Below, in pieces: positions 13,776-27,460 of a stretch of 64,000 bases of DNA. Every line of letters begins with the position of its first letter. The stretch's first letter is position 1. This DNA is from the human T2T-CHM13v2.0 reference genome, Homo sapiens: contig CP068257.2 in NCBI GenBank assembly GCA_009914755.4, positions 36,000,001-36,064,000 of the forward strand, in the 5' to 3' direction. The notes under the pieces were generated by a model that ran no database searches, was not told where the DNA came from, and was given only the letters and a program-made list of their open reading frames with translations. The position numbers were made by a program, and so were the translations under genes.

Positions 13776-14589
13776 CATAATTTGAATTAAACCTGAGTTC
13801 AATAAAAGCAAGAGATGAGCCTTCTGGGGCTGGTGAAGAGGGAATAACACGCCTATTCCTTCCCACCAAGTATAGTTGAGGCCTCTGGACAATGTACAAA
13901 ATGAAACCACCTGAAGACTCTAGAAAGTTCACAATAGCAGGACGATTGGAGAAGGGAGTCAAAACTTGAGGAATGAATCGTCTGAGGATAAATTTTTCTG
14001 CCTTCCTCTTTTATTTTCTGGCTTTAACCTGAGAGTGGCCCCAGTGTAGAACTGGGGCCCCAATGCAGAACAAGTGCTGGCAAGAAAATCTCAGAGAGAA
14101 ACCCTGCCTTTCTAACCGGAGGACCAGGAAAAGGTGCTGCTGTGAGTCAGAGACGGGAGTGGGAATCCCCGTTAATTGAGTGTGAGGACTTCCCCACCAG
14201 CCCTGAGTGCAGCCTTTGTCCTCAGCTGCTCTGCAGTGCAGCGGTGACACAGGTGCCAAAAACTGAGAGAGAGCCTGTCTTTTTGGACCGAGTATTGGGA
14301 AAGGGGAATTCCAGGGACCAGAGTTTGTGGCTGCATTTTCCTCTTTCCTCTGACTGCTTTACCCTAAGAGTGGCCCCGATTGTGTAAAACAATGCAGCAG
14401 CCCAGGTGGCTCAAATGCTGAGCAAGTCTTGGCTTTAGAGAAAGAAGTATCAGAAAAGGAGGCCCGGGAGCTGAAAGTGGGGGCCGACCGGGGGGAGGGG
14501 TGGATCTCACAGAGGAGAGAACTGGAGAAGAGGATTTCCAGATTCTGTGTATGAATTGATATAATCGTGAGCTTTGCATGCACAGGACG

Positions 14590-16475
14590 GAAAACAATAA
14601 GAAAAGATGAACTTAAAAATTACCTCGTTTTGGAATATATGACCACACTTCTAAATGTCAAAGAAGAAACCATAATGGAAATTTGATAGTACTTAGGACT
14701 GAGTGATATTGAAATTCTAAATATAAAAATTAAAGGGCATATAGAAAGTAAGAAAAATTTATATGCCTAAATGCATATATTAGAAAACAAGAAAGTCTGA
14801 ACATTAATGTTTAGAATATTCAACTGAAGACATTAGGAAATGAACAACAGAATTAATTCACGGGAAATAGGCAACAAAGATCATTGTATAAATTAATAAA
14901 ATATAAAACAAGTCAACCACAGTGAGAATCAATAAAGGCAAAAGTTGTTTTTTGAAAAGTCTAGTAAAATAGACAAATCTCTGATCAGACTGGCCAAGTA
15001 AAAGGTGTAGAAGGCAAAAATAAATGGCATTGGGAACTCAAAGGTATACATAACTTTAGAAACAGCAGAGACTGAAAACACAAAAGGAGATTATAATAAC
15101 TTAAAAATATAGACGAAATGGACAATTTTCTAAATCATATAAATTACCAATACTTATTTAAGTAAAAATAAAAAGCAGAGATACCTTATAACCAATTATG
15201 AAATTGAGCCAGTGATTAAAAACTTGCCATAAAGAAATTACAAAGCCCAGACAATCTTAAAGATGAGTTCAATGAAATATTCTAGGAAGAAATCATGATA
15301 ATTTTACATAAACTCTCCTAGGAAATAGAAGAATCATTTCCTAACTCATTCTATAAGGCAAATAATCTTGATAATAAAGTCATAAATATAGTACAAGAAA
15401 GAGAGAAAAAAAGGGAGAACACAAGCCCATATTATTCACTTGTGTAGCTACAAGAATCCTAGAAGAAATATTAGCAAACCAAATCTAACAGTTTAGAAAA
15501 AAAGACACCATGATCAAGTTGGGTTTATTCCAAGGAATGCAAGGGTGGTTTAACCTTAGAATACTGATCATATAATTTATCATGTTAAAAGATTGAAAGA
15601 TCATTTAAATATGTGCATAGAATTCATTTGATAAAATTCAAAAACCACTTATGATGAAACTTCTTAATAAACTTTGAATATGAGACCAACTGTATCTACC
15701 AAAAATCTAAACAATCATTATTTTTGATGATGATGATGATCAAAAGTTAGGATTGTTTAAAGTCAGGACCAGTGATTTTAAATACAGATGCAGTAAATGC
15801 TTGCTATCACCTTTTCTATTCAGTATTTTACCAAAGGCCTTTGCCAGTAAAAATAAGATAAATACAATAATTTGATTCAAAAATAAATGAAACTTTCATT
15901 ATTTGCAGATAATATAACTGTGTACATAGAAAATCCACAAGAGTAGTACAACTATTAGGATTACTAAGAATGTTTAGCAAGGTGGCTAGAATTTAAAAAT
16001 CTATGCAGAAAACTTATGTATCTTTTTATATACCAGCAACAAATAAAAGACATAACAGCAACCCTTCACCATTTCCTCTAGCAACAAAAAAAACCCTAGA
16101 AATCAATCTAATAATAGAAATATAAAACCTTTATGACAATTTACAAATTATACAATTTGGGAGACAGTAAGGAAGATTTAAATAAATGGAGAGATATATC
16201 ATGTTCATGGATAGGATGATTAAACATCCTAAAGATGTCAGTTTTTCCCAAGTTACTTTATAGATTCAATACAATCCCAACAAAACATTCTTAAAGTCAA
16301 AAAAAAAATGGATTTGACAAATCCTTTCTTACACCATGAGGAAGTACAAAGACTCAAAAGTCAAAACACTCCTGGAGAAGAACAAACTGTAGGGACTCAC
16401 TCTATTAGATCACAGGACATATTTAGTAAGTATGGACATGTGCAACAGGAAACACGTATGATTATGTTCATAGCA
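14590..16475 (+). mobile_element. Ancient L1 LINE fragment (ORF2 region from the Z domain through reverse transcriptase).
   Basis: Frame-shifted translation matches L1 ORF2 motifs: KSPGPDGFTGEFY-like (caaagcccagacaatcttaaagatgagttcaatg), QVGFIPGMQGWFN, FDKIQ.PFMMK, SPLLFSIL.KAFASKNK, FADNITVYIENPQE and WIGRLNILKMS.FPKLLYRFNTIPTK. Confidence 0.85.
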
Positions 16476-16477
16476 GT

Positions 16478-16885
16478 TGTTATACTTTGGATATTTGTCC
16501 TCTCCAAATCCCAGGTTGAAATTGGATCCCCAGTGTTGAGGGTGGGGCCTGATGGAAGGTGTTTGGGTCATGGGGTGCTTGGTGCCACGCCCAAGGTAAT
16601 GAGTAAGTTCTCGTTCTATCAGTTCTCATGAGAACTGACTGTTTAAAAAGAGCCTGGCACCTCCATCCCCTCTCTCTCTTCCTTTCTCTCTTGCCATGTG
16701 AGCGTCATGCACCTGCTCCCTTTTCCCCTTCTGCAATGAGTGGAAGCTTCCTGAAGCCCTCACCAGAGGCCGGGGCCATGCTTCCTGTACAGCCTGCAGA
16801 ATCAAGAACCAAATGAACCTCTTTTCTTCATAAATTACCCAGCCTCAGGTATTCCTTTATAGTAACACAATGAACTAGGACAGCA
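16478..16885 (+). mobile_element. MaLR-type solo LTR (MST/THE1-like), inserted in the old L1.
   Basis: ccccagtgttgagggtggggcctgatggaaggtgtttgggtcatgg...ttctcatgagaactgactgtttaaaaagagcctggcacc...ccatgtgagc...cttcctgtacagcctgcagaatcaagaaccaaatgaacctcttttcttcataaattacccagcctcaggtattcctttatagtaac is the characteristic MST/THE1 LTR consensus. Confidence 0.65.
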
Positions 16886-17132
16886 GTATCATTTTTAACA
16901 AATTGGAAACAACCCAACTGTCCATTGACAGACAATGGCATATATTCACCTAGTGGAATTTTAAGAAGTACTAATAAGTAAATTACACATGCAGGGTCTA
17001 ATATAGATGAATCTTAGAAACATAATATTCCACAAAAAAGCAAGTTTTATAAAATTTAAAAATATACCACTTTTATGAAGTTAAAATAAGCATAAGTGAA
17101 TAATATAGTATTTAGGAATACATACAAATCAT
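16886..17132 (+). mobile_element. Continuation of the old L1 3' region after the LTR insertion.
   Basis: caaattggaaacaacccaactgtccattgacagacaatggcatatattcacctagtggaat... matches the L1 3' ORF2/UTR region (ATIWMNLENIMLSE-like stretch). Confidence 0.6.
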
Positions 17133-17424
17133 TTTTTTTTTTTTTTCAGACAGAGTCTCACTCTGTCACCCAGGCTGGAGTGCAGTGGCATGATCTTGGC
17201 TCATTGCAGTTTCTCCCTCCTGGGTTCAAGTGATTCTTGTGTCTCAGCCTCCTGAGGAGCTGGGATTACAGGCTTGCACCACCACGGCTGCTAATTTTTG
17301 TATTTTTTGTAGAGATGGGTTTCGCCATGTTGGCCAGGCTGGTCTCGAACTCCTGGCCTCAAGTGATCTGCCCACCTTGGCCTCCCAAAGTGTGGGATTA
17401 CAGGCATGAGCCACCATGCACAGC
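17133..17424 (-). mobile_element. Alu SINE, antisense.
   Basis: Poly-T followed by cagacagagtctcactctgtcacccaggctggagtgcagtggcatgatcttggctcattgcag...gggattacaggcatgagccaccatgcacagcc. Confidence 0.95.
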
Positions 17425-17602
17425 CAAATCACTTTGTGGTTTTTTTTAAAGAAAGCAAGGGAATGTTAAAAACAAGTAGTTATATTGGGGTGAGAAAGGA
17501 ATATAGAAGTAGATATAATGGTTAGCAGTGTTCTAGCTCTTAAATTGAGTGGCCAAGTTACAAGTATTTTATATAATATTACTTTATTTTATTTATTTAT
17601 TA

Positions 17603-17887
17603 TTTTGAGATGGAGTCTTACTCTGTTGCCCAGGCTGGAGTGCAGTGGTGTGATCTGGGCTTACTGCAACCTCCGCCTCCCAGGTTCAAGAGATCCTTCC
17701 CCCAAGCCTCCCAAGTAGCTTGGAGTATAGGCGCTTGCCAGCACGCCCGGCTAATTTTTGTATTTTTAGTAGAGATGGGGTTTTGCCATGTTGGACAGGC
17801 TGGTCTCGAATTCCTGACCTCAGGTGATCTGCCTGCCTCAGCCTCCCAAAGTGCTGGGATTACAGGTGTGAGCCACCGCACCTGGCC
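17603..17887 (-). mobile_element. Alu SINE, antisense.
   Basis: ttttgagatggagtcttactctgttgcccaggctggagtgcagtggtgtgatc...gctgggattacaggtgtgagccaccgcacctggcc. Confidence 0.95.
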
Positions 17888-17896
17888 TATTATTTT

Positions 17897-18186
17897 GTTT
17901 TTTTGAGACAGGGTCTCTCTCTGTTGCCCAGGCTGTAATGCAGTGGCAAGATCTTGGCTCACTGCAGCCTCAACCTCCCCAGGCTTAGGTGATCCTCCCA
18001 CTTCAGCCTCCTGAGTAGCTGGGATTACAGGCATGTGCCACCACACCTGACTATTTTTGTATTTTTTGTAGAGATGGGTTTTTGCCATGTTGCCCAGGCT
18101 GGTCACGAGTTTCCAAGCTCAATTGATCTGTCTGCCTTAGCCTCCCAAAGTGTTGGGATTACAGGCATGCGCCACCACACCCAGCT
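17897..18186 (-). mobile_element. Alu SINE, antisense, directly abutting the previous Alu.
   Basis: tttttttgagacagggtctctctctgttgcccaggctgtaatgcagtggcaagatcttggctcactgcagcc...gggattacaggcatgcgccaccacacccagct. Confidence 0.95.
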
Positions 18187-19854
18187 AAATTACAAGTGTT
18201 TTATTATCACATTTTATAACAATATGTGAGGTACATTATTTTGTACTTATCAAGTACTATATTAAAAAATCACCTAATTCCATTTTTGTTGGAAATTTTT
18301 TGTATTACACTGCTTGTAATTATTCATGCAAAGGTCCTTCTTGTTCAGTGTTTTCAGAACCATTAACTATTCACGTATTTGGTGGTGGGTAGGGGAGAGC
18401 TACTGGTCTAAGTCCTGGGCTCTGAAGGTCTGAGAACGTGGAGTACTGATGTCTGAGGGAGAGGATGGACACCCATCTCTAGAAGAGAGAGCTGATTTCC
18501 CTTTTCCCTGCCTTTTCCCTGTTCTATCTGGGTCCTCAATGGATTGGATGGTGCCCACCCACACAGGTGAGGGCAGATCTTCTTTACTCACTTCAGATTC
18601 AAATGCCAGTCTCTTCTGGAAACACCCTCACAGACACACCCATAAATAATGTCTTATTAGCTACCTGGGTATCCCCAGCGCAGTCAAACTGACACGCAAA
18701 CTCACCCAGGACAGGAAGGCTGCTTGATTTCCACAGTGTTGTCTGAACTAAGTTATTTCTCCAAAGGGTGTGTAGGAGTGTGCGTGTGTGCGTAGCTTTT
18801 AACAATTATTTCATTCCGCAGTTTCTCCACTGAGAGCTTCTCTGTCTGGATGCCTAGTTATTCTTCCAAGAGTTAAGCTTGCAGGGACATGCATGCAAAC
18901 AACCTGTCTTTGGGTGGCCGTTTCATTCCCAATAAGACCATGTGAGAAGGAGAGCTTGGAGGGGAAGGGAGTGCGTGTTACGGGTGGTGATTGCAAAGCT
19001 CACTCTGCCTAGGATCCAGGAAAACAGACTGAAACATAGCTAAGGAATGTGCCATAGGCACTGAGCAAACACAGGGGCAGGCCCTGCAAGATGGAGATTT
19101 AACAGGCAAAGCCCTATTTTTAGATCCTGTGACAAATTATGGTGGGAGAAGTTTGTGTGCAGAATACCAATATGATGAAAGTCATCCTCATGAGAGAACC
19201 CCCTGGACAAAGCCAGAGGTATAGTCAATACATAGACAATACATGAAAACAGCCTGGAGGATATGATTCCAATAAAATTAGATGGATACAAACCACTCTC
19301 ACCACTTCTGAATACTGTAAAATGAATCTGTATTGCCAATATTCAAAAACAGAACTGATTGTAGACACTTAACCATTTTATTTCAAACACCAGGCTACAT
19401 AGATGATGTTTTCCTTTTCCTTTACTCCTGTGCCCATTCTCAATAAGAACTGTGCTGAATCAGTGCAGTAATAAAGTGTTGTGCACTTAGAAGTCAGTGC
19501 TGGGTCGCTTTTCATGTGGGAGAATGATGTTGGTGATTAACCAAGCCCAGTGTCAAAAAGAAGCAGGATAGTGTGATTTCTGGCATAATCATGGTTTTAG
19601 TTCATTAGGTTTTGCCAACTGCCGAACATTTAAATAACGATGAGCCCTGCCCTAGGCTCAGGTTAAAAATCCCTTCAATGAACAGTTGTGTTTCTTCTAT
19701 TACCCAAATATTAGAGGGCCAGTGAGGGTCACCTCCAGTTATGCAAAAACAAATGGAAGTGTGGATTTTTAAAAATGTCTAAAAAAGATCCTACATGTGT
19801 ACTCCTAATTCTATTCTCACCAAGGTCATTGATAAGTGTATAAATTAAGTATTG

Positions 19855-20030
19855 AATTAAGTAAGAAATGTTATTTATTGAGTGTTTACTGTGTGCTGGG
19901 CTCAGTGTGTGCTCGGTGTGAGCCAACCATCTGGTCCCTGAAACAGTCTTCTCAGACAGATGCTATGATCTTATGTGTGAGCAAACTAAGGCAAAGACAG
20001 ATTAAGTAACTTCTCTGGGTCACATAGTGC
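19855..20030 (-). mobile_element. MIR SINE fragment, antisense.
   Basis: ttattgagtgtttactgtgtgctgggctcagtgtgtgc...tgagcaaactaaggcaaagacagattaagtaacttctctgggtcacatagtgctg is the reverse complement of MIR 3'-core sequence. Confidence 0.6.
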
Positions 20031-20395
20031 TGTGGATTGAATATCATGCCCCAAAATTCATATTCAAAGCCCTGACCTCCAATATGACTGTATCTGGAGA
20101 ACTGGCCTTAGGGAGATAAGTTAAGTCAAATGAGATCATAAGAATGGGTATCCTTAAGAGGAAGAGACAACAGAGCATGTGTACGCTCTTTCTACATGCA
20201 CACAGAAGAGGCCGTGTGAGGACACAGCAAGAAGGTGGTTGTCCTACAAGCTAGGCAGAGAGCCCTAAGCAGAAGCCAACCCTGCTGACACCTTGATCTT
20301 GGACTTTCAGCCTCTAGAACTGTAAGGAAATACATTTCTCCTGTTAAAGCCACTGAGTCTGGTATGTTGCTGTGGCAGCCTAAGCAGACAAGTAG
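20030..20395 (+). mobile_element. Solo-LTR-like ancient repeat, same family as 11740-12135.
   Basis: ggattgaatatcatgccccaaaattcatattcaaagccctgacctccaatatgactgtatctggag...gccaaccctgctgacaccttgatcttggactttcagcctctagaactgtaaggaaatacatttctcctgttaaagccactgagtctggtatgttgctgtggcagcc. Confidence 0.5.
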
Positions 20396-20487
20396 GTACA
20401 ATAGGTAGTGGGGTGAGGGTTCTCATTTAGGAGGCCAAGCTCCAGAGTCTACGCTGTCAACCACAACACTATTATTTCTACATTTGA

Positions 20488-20817
<330 letters not shown>

Positions 20818-22056
20818 TAAATTTTGATCTTTATAACTGCTATAGTGTCTTACACCTAAAGATTGATAACATATTTTACAAAATAAAATGGAGTGCAAAT
20901 GAATGATCATAGCCAAAGGCATTCTGCACACCAGCACCTGGCCACCATTTGTCCCAAATTGCCACTCCCTTCTGCCTACCATTTCCACCCTCCGCTAGCT
21001 TTCCTTTTAAGCCTGTCCATTCTTACCTCATCTTCCACACAAATGGTGTTTATTCTCTGCCCAAATCTGGGGTCCTGGCTACCATCTTCAGAAAATTGCT
21101 TGCAGACACCAGGCAACCTTCATTTACTTTTAAGAAATCATGAGATAGCCCCAAATCAAATCTCAAACTGCAGGAAACTTCTTCAAATTCTCCCATTCTA
21201 TATTTGTATCTTCCTCCTCCAACAGTAAGAATCTGAATTCTCAACAACCTGTATATGTAGGCTCTCTCCTACAAAACATACAAAACACTTTCGGAACGGT
21301 CACATCCTTAACTCTACTGAGGAATTGCTTATGCAAGACTCAGACCTCACAGCTAAGGACCAGCAATTCCTCCAGTTGAAAAAGAAAATCCCATGTCACC
21401 TTATTTAGCCTGAGGGCTCCCAATAATGTACCAGTAGGTGATGGACCAATCACAAACTGCCCAATGCACTTGAAAGCCAATCAGAAAGCTTCCCTACTTC
21501 CAAAAATTCTACCTAATAGAACACTCACCAAGCAAAGATTATTTGTCTTAAGACTTCCTTCTTTTACTCTATAAAACCCACCCTCCTTTGACTTTTCACT
21601 AGGAGGAAAGTGATGGTAGCAGTCTTCCTTGTATGATCTCAATAAATAGCCTTTTGTTAATTCTACAGATGCACTTTGCCCTTTTGATACCAACAACTAC
21701 AAACCTCTGAGGTAAAACTAAAAATTGCTTGCAATTCTTTTAAATCCTAGAATATTCCCACGAGGTTGTACAATCAAAACACTGTGTTCAAAAGTTACCT
21801 GAACTATTTTTTTTTCTATGTGGTTATGTTATCCATTGCATAAACAGTTAGGTTCCTTTGTTTCTATTTGTGTTTCCCTTTAGGGTTTGCTTTTGTCATT
21901 CTTTTTCTATTTTGTTTTTAAACTTGTAAGCCATTTAAATGGTTCAAAAATTTAGTCAGCACAAAAAGACATATTCAGAAAAGTCTCATTCCCATCCTAA
22001 ACTCCTTCTGCCCACCTCCAATGTGAGGTCATTTTTATTCATTTCTGCTAGATCCT

Positions 22057-22425
22057 TGATATGGTTTGGATTTGTGTCCCTGCCCAAATCTCATGTTGAA
22101 CTGTAATCCTCAATGTTGGAGGTGGCCTGGTGGAAGACGACTGGATCATGGAGGCAGATTTTCCTCTTTGGTGCTGTTCTCATGAGATTTTGTTTAAAAG
22201 TGTGTGGCATTTCCCTGACTCTCTCTCTCTTCCTCCTGCTCCAGCCATGTAAGACATACCTGCTTCCCCTTCCCCTTCTGCCATGATTGTAAATTTCCTG
22301 GGGCTTCCCCAGAATCTGATGCTATCATGCTTCCTGTACAGCCTGCAGATCTGTGAGCCAATTAAACCTCTTTTCTTTATAGATTACCCAGTCTATAGCA
22401 GTGAAAGAATGAACCAATACAATCC
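22057..22425 (+). mobile_element. MaLR-type solo LTR (THE1/MST-like).
   Basis: tgatatggtttggatttgtgtccctgcccaaatctcatgttgaactgtaatcctcaatgttggaggtggcctggtgg...ccatgtaagacatacctgcttccccttccccttctgccatgattgtaaatttcctggggcttccccagaa...tgtgagccaattaaacctcttttctttatagattacccagtctatagcagtg matches the THE1/MST LTR start and end. Confidence 0.7.
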
Positions 22426-25400
22426 TTCCTGTGTCTCCTTCTGTAAAAATAAGCAAAGCAAACATATATGCATACACGTTCTTGTTTCCCAGTCTTTTCC
22501 CATGGAAACAATGTTTCAGAACAAGAAACTGAATAATAGGTTCCTTCTGCTAAAGTAATTTGAAATCACTTAATGCATTCATTTCATTTTACAGAGCACA
22601 GTCTCCTCAATGAAGCCTAGGGGCCACACTACAGGAGTGGGAGGCACACAGGCCTGGGTTTGAATCTTGGCTGCTTGGAATGGCTGTGGGACCTAGGACA
22701 GGCTACTTCACCTCTCTCACTTCCTCATCAGTCACATGGGGAAAACAATGACCAGATTATAGGTGCTATCACATCAATGTGAAGCATCACATGTGAAAGT
22801 ACTCAACACATGGCTCTGCCTGAGGACACCACTAGGGATGCTCTTAATTCCCTTCCTTTCCTTGGTCAAATGTAAAAGCAACAGCTGACCTTTCTTGTAG
22901 AATTAGCCTCATTGATCAATAGCGTTTGTCCCTTACATCATATGTTTTGTTGTTTGTTGATTCTTTCAAGTGGAATAAAAACCTCCACAGGGAAAGATCT
23001 GGTGATGCCATGTCTTGGCTTCCTATTGATGTCAGGGTTTACTTCACATATACTTGTTCTTTGGACATTTCAAAATACTCTTTGATGCGTGGTATTTAAA
23101 GAGTCGCCCTTCATTTCATTGTCCCTCATTATTCTGCATTTTTCAGGCACTGGTTCTTAACTTTTTGAGGCAAGGACCCTTTTGGGAATCTGATGAAACT
23201 CATAGATCCTCTTCTCTTAAAATATACATGCATTCCAAAGTTTCCCAATGATCAGGTGCTCATGAACTCACTAAAGCCCATAGGATCCCAGGTTCAAATA
23301 AAACAAAGGAAAGCAGAAGTAGAAGAATAAAACAACTCTTCCAGGGTTAAGTGCGTGCATGCATGTAATGGGGAGGAGGTTTAAGAAAAAGTAGGGAATA
23401 GGAAGAGGGAATTTACTTAAGCTGCAACTGGGTTATAGGAACCTCACACACTTTCACAGTATCCAGTGCTCACCCCATCAGAATCTTTTTCACCAAATTG
23501 TAACTGTCAATACTTGTCTGTATCTCTCTCAAGTCTGGGGATGGGGGTTTCTGTGGGCAGGAGCTCTGTCTTGGCCACAATTTTATCTCCATTCCATAGT
23601 ATAGTATTTGGCTATATGTCTAATAAATAATGGCTAAATGAGTAAAAAGACCCAGCTGGTAATAATTTCATTTATTTGTTCATCATGTATTTATTGAGAA
23701 TCTATTATGTGTCAGGCACTTTGATGGGTTCTGAGAACAGAATGATGACTTGGTCCTCGGATTCATTGGATGTATAGTCTACTGAGAATCCGAATAAATA
23801 TAAAGTTACTCCTGTGATAAATGCAATGAAGTAAAGGTGGATTATCCTATGAGACTGTAAAAAAGGACTGTATTTGGTCTTGTGTGCAAATTAGTAAAAA
23901 TGTCTCCCTGAGGATGTGACATTTGAGCTAAGATTTGAAGGATGGATAAGGCAACGTGTGGGGTAAGGGTGAATGCCCTACAAGCAGAGGGAACAGCATT
24001 TGCAGGGGGAAGAGCTGTTGTAGGAAGGCTCCTTGGGTGTTCAAGAAGCTGAAAGTAGACGAGTGTGTTTGGGGGATGGGCAGGGGGAGCTTTTGGTACC
24101 AAATGAAAACACTGCTCTGACTGCAGAGGAGAAAACGACTTGGAGGAGGACAAAGTAAGCAGATGTGGGGGAAATAGAAAGCTGCTTCAATTGCACAAAG
24201 AAGAAATTATAGTATTGGGACTAGAACAGAAGTGATGAAGATAGGGAGACTGAAATGGATTCAAGACATATTTAGGAGGTCAAGTAGACAGACCTCTGTA
24301 ACGAATTATTCATGAGGGCCAGTTAGAGGGAAGAGCCGAGAAGGACACCCAGGTTTCTGGCATGGGCAACAGGACGGATGGATGGTGGTGCCACTGGGAA
24401 TCTTGAATGCAGGAAGATGATACGTTTGGTTTTGGACATGTTTACATTGTTGTGGCTTTGACACATGCAAGAATATTGAGCAGGCCATCGGGATAACCAA
24501 ATCTCAGATCTACAGAAGAGGCCTTGGTTAGACATACACAGTGGGGATATCAGTGGCATATGGATGATAACAGAAGCCTGGGAGGGGGCGAGATTGCCTA
24601 GGGAGGGTCAAATGAGAAGGAAAGGCTGAGCAGGAGACAAAGCCTGTGAAAACGTAACATCTGATGGGCAGGAGAAGGGGGATGAGCCTGTCCAGGATGT
24701 TGAAAGAGAGAGGCTGGAGAGGCAGTAGAAGATCCGGAGAGCAAAGGGCGGCAGAAGCCACGTGAGGAGGATATTTCAGGAAGAGCAAGTGGTTAACGCT
24801 GTCAGAAAATGCTAAAAGAGAAAACTGCCGCAAACTGAACAATATGCATTGGATTCAAACATGGTGGTCAGAGCTGAGGGGTAAAGAGGGAGCCAGTGAG
24901 GTGGTTTGAGAAGTGTTTGAGGTGAGGAGGTGGGAAGTCAATATAGAAAAGTTTCTCAAGAATCTGACCCCGAAGATAGGGGAGAAGGCAAAAGTTAGCA
25001 AGGGATATGGGGTTGGGTGAGTTCTGAAAGCCGTGAGGCATCCGACCATGTTTAAACATGGCTGAGAAAGGCTCTGTTTGAGTGGGTGTGGCTCCATCTA
25101 CAGGTAGGGGAGGAGGTGATCAACTATTTAAGGTTCTGGAGAGATGGGTGAGGCTGGGAGAAGGAAGTTTGGCTTAAAAATTTAAAAACTTTCTACTAAA
25201 ACAAAAAAAGATACTTATAACTAAAATGTCTTCATCATGAAAGATAAAAGCAGGATCTGTGATCCTGAGCATGCCCTCTGGTGAGTTGACAAGTCTTGGG
25301 AAAGCTTATGTGATATTATTGCTCTGTGTAGCTGAAACATAAACATCTATGTCAATGGACTTTATGATTCTAGTAAAAACAGACAGACCTCCAAGTTTTG

Positions 25401-26199
25401 AGTATGATAACTGAACAATATAGAGCTATGGGTGGTGGGGGGGACAGCTTAACAAAAGACTTAGGATCTTTTTGATGGACAACAGGCATATAGTTGGGCA
25501 ATTTTCATGGATCTATGGGCTCCAGTCCTAGTATGTTTACCACTGGTGTTAAAGGCAGGTATTGTGCTTTTGAGAAGACAAAAGCTCCTAGGAAACTCTG
25601 TCTACATTGTTTCTGTAGCAGTCAAGTGGAAAAAACAGTAGAGGCAAACCCTCTATGATGGTCTCATCTTAATTACCTAGCCCTTCATGAAACCAGGAGC
25701 TCAGGGAAGCCACCCTGTGGACAGGAAACAGACTGGCCATCAGACCAAGACACTCAGAGCCAAGGGACCTGGTAAGAGTGAGTGCAGTGGTTTCAGAGCT
25801 CCTGTTGTGGGCAAACTCACTGGACTGGCCCTGCCTCTACCCTTGCTCCTGGAAAAGGAAGAATGCCTTTAGCTGGGCCCTGAAGAATGGGCAAGGGGTG
25901 GGTAGCTGGAGGGGCCAGGGAGTTGCTGCACGGGAGTCGGACCAATGTGTGTCAGGGTCTCTATCTATTGTTTGCAAACAAGCTCTGGACTAAGGTGATA
26001 CCACCCAGATGTGGACACCTGAGGAAAAGCTAAATTTGTCATCCTGTGCAAACTATTGGTCTCCCACAATCCCCTGTGACCCCTTAGGTCTCTAGACCTC
26101 CCTTTGCCACACATTTGCATCTGGGCAATTATCCAGGAAGGTGAAAGTGAATAGAAAGGTCTCCTGAAGGCAGAGGGTTACTAGAGAGAAAGAAGTTTA

Positions 26200-26762
26200 G
26201 ACCTAAAAACAGAAATATCAATCGACCCAGCAGTCCCATTACTGGGTACATACCCAGAGGAATATAAATTTTTCTGTTACAAAGACACATGCATGTGTAG
26301 GTTCATTGCAGCACTATTCACAATAGCAAAGACATGAAATCAACCTAAATGCCTATCAATTGTGGATTGGATAAAGAAAATGTGGTACATATACACCATG
26401 GAATACTATGCAGCCATAAAAAAGAATGAGATCATGTTCTTTGCAGGAACATGGATGGAGCTGGAGGGCATTATCCTCAGCAAACTCATGCAGAAACACA
26501 AAACCAAATACCACATGTTCTCACTTAAAAGTGGGAGCTAAATTATGAGAACTCATGAACACATAGAGGGGAACAACACACACTGGGGCCTGGTGGAGGG
26601 CAGAGGGTGGAGGAGGGAGAGGATCAGGAAAAATAACCAATGGGTGTTAGGCTTAATACCTGGCTAATAAAATAAGCTGTATAAAAAATCCCCATGACGC
26701 AAGTTTACCTATACAACAAACCTGCACATGTACCCCTGAACTTAAAATAAAAGTTAAAAAAA
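26200..26762 (+). mobile_element. L1 (L1PA-like) 3' end: ORF2 C-terminus, 3'UTR and poly-A.
   Basis: cagcagtcccattactgggtacatacccagaggaatataaatt...cattgcagcactattcacaatagcaaagacatg...atggaatactatgcagccataaaaaagaatgagatcatg...aacctgcacatgtacccctgaacttaaaataaaagttaaaaaaa. Confidence 0.9.
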
Positions 26763-27460
26763 GGAGAACTTTTACTGATTTGTCAAAGCATATAATGCCA
26801 TATAATACCTATTAAAACAACTTTTGGTTCCCCAAACCGAGATTTGCCTCTGTGGTATAAGATGCATGTGTCTAAGGCTTGATTTAGTAACTGGGTAATT
26901 TACTTGTTGGAAGGAAATAGAACGTGTAAACCTCTCCCCCCGACATATTTTTAGGTCTATGAATCTGACTGATATTTCACAAGTATAGAGAAACTGGAGA
27001 AATTAAACTAAAAATTAAACACAGCTTACGCCTGGCCTAGCTATAGTTCACTTTTATTGCCTTTTCATAATTGTTTACGTTCTCATTAATTTTGCACCTC
27101 GGGAGCCACATTTGATCAATTTGCAGAGTGATAAAATGTCGCCATTCTCTGAGGACCAGTTTGTACCCTGCTTTGTTAATAGCCTGTCAAAAGGAAATGC
27201 CTTGAGCGTGTTTTAAATTCTTCTTAAAGTTAAGGGAGACTGGCGAAACAATAGCCGGACTTCCTGCCCTCCCTCCTCACCTCCGCATCCTTTCTAAAAG
27301 ATTCCAAGGTGCCCTTCTCATGGGGAGGAGGGCTGATGAGCAAGGGAAGAAGAAAGGAGAGCATCACTGGTTGCAAGAAAACAGGTGGGTTTTTTTTTTT
27401 TTTGTGAAAAAACAGACTTTAAAGAATTTTGAACCAAAAGCAATAGATTTTTTAAAACAA

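Noticed and set aside
17618-18106. 162-aa minus-strand ORF, the longest in the window, together with several 80-130-aa ORFs at 31195-31578, 52697-53095, 47199-47543 and 20554-20820.
   Set aside because: These lie entirely within Alu elements. Their peptide motifs ([26 protein letters not shown]) are the classic Alu-derived pseudo-peptides, not genes.
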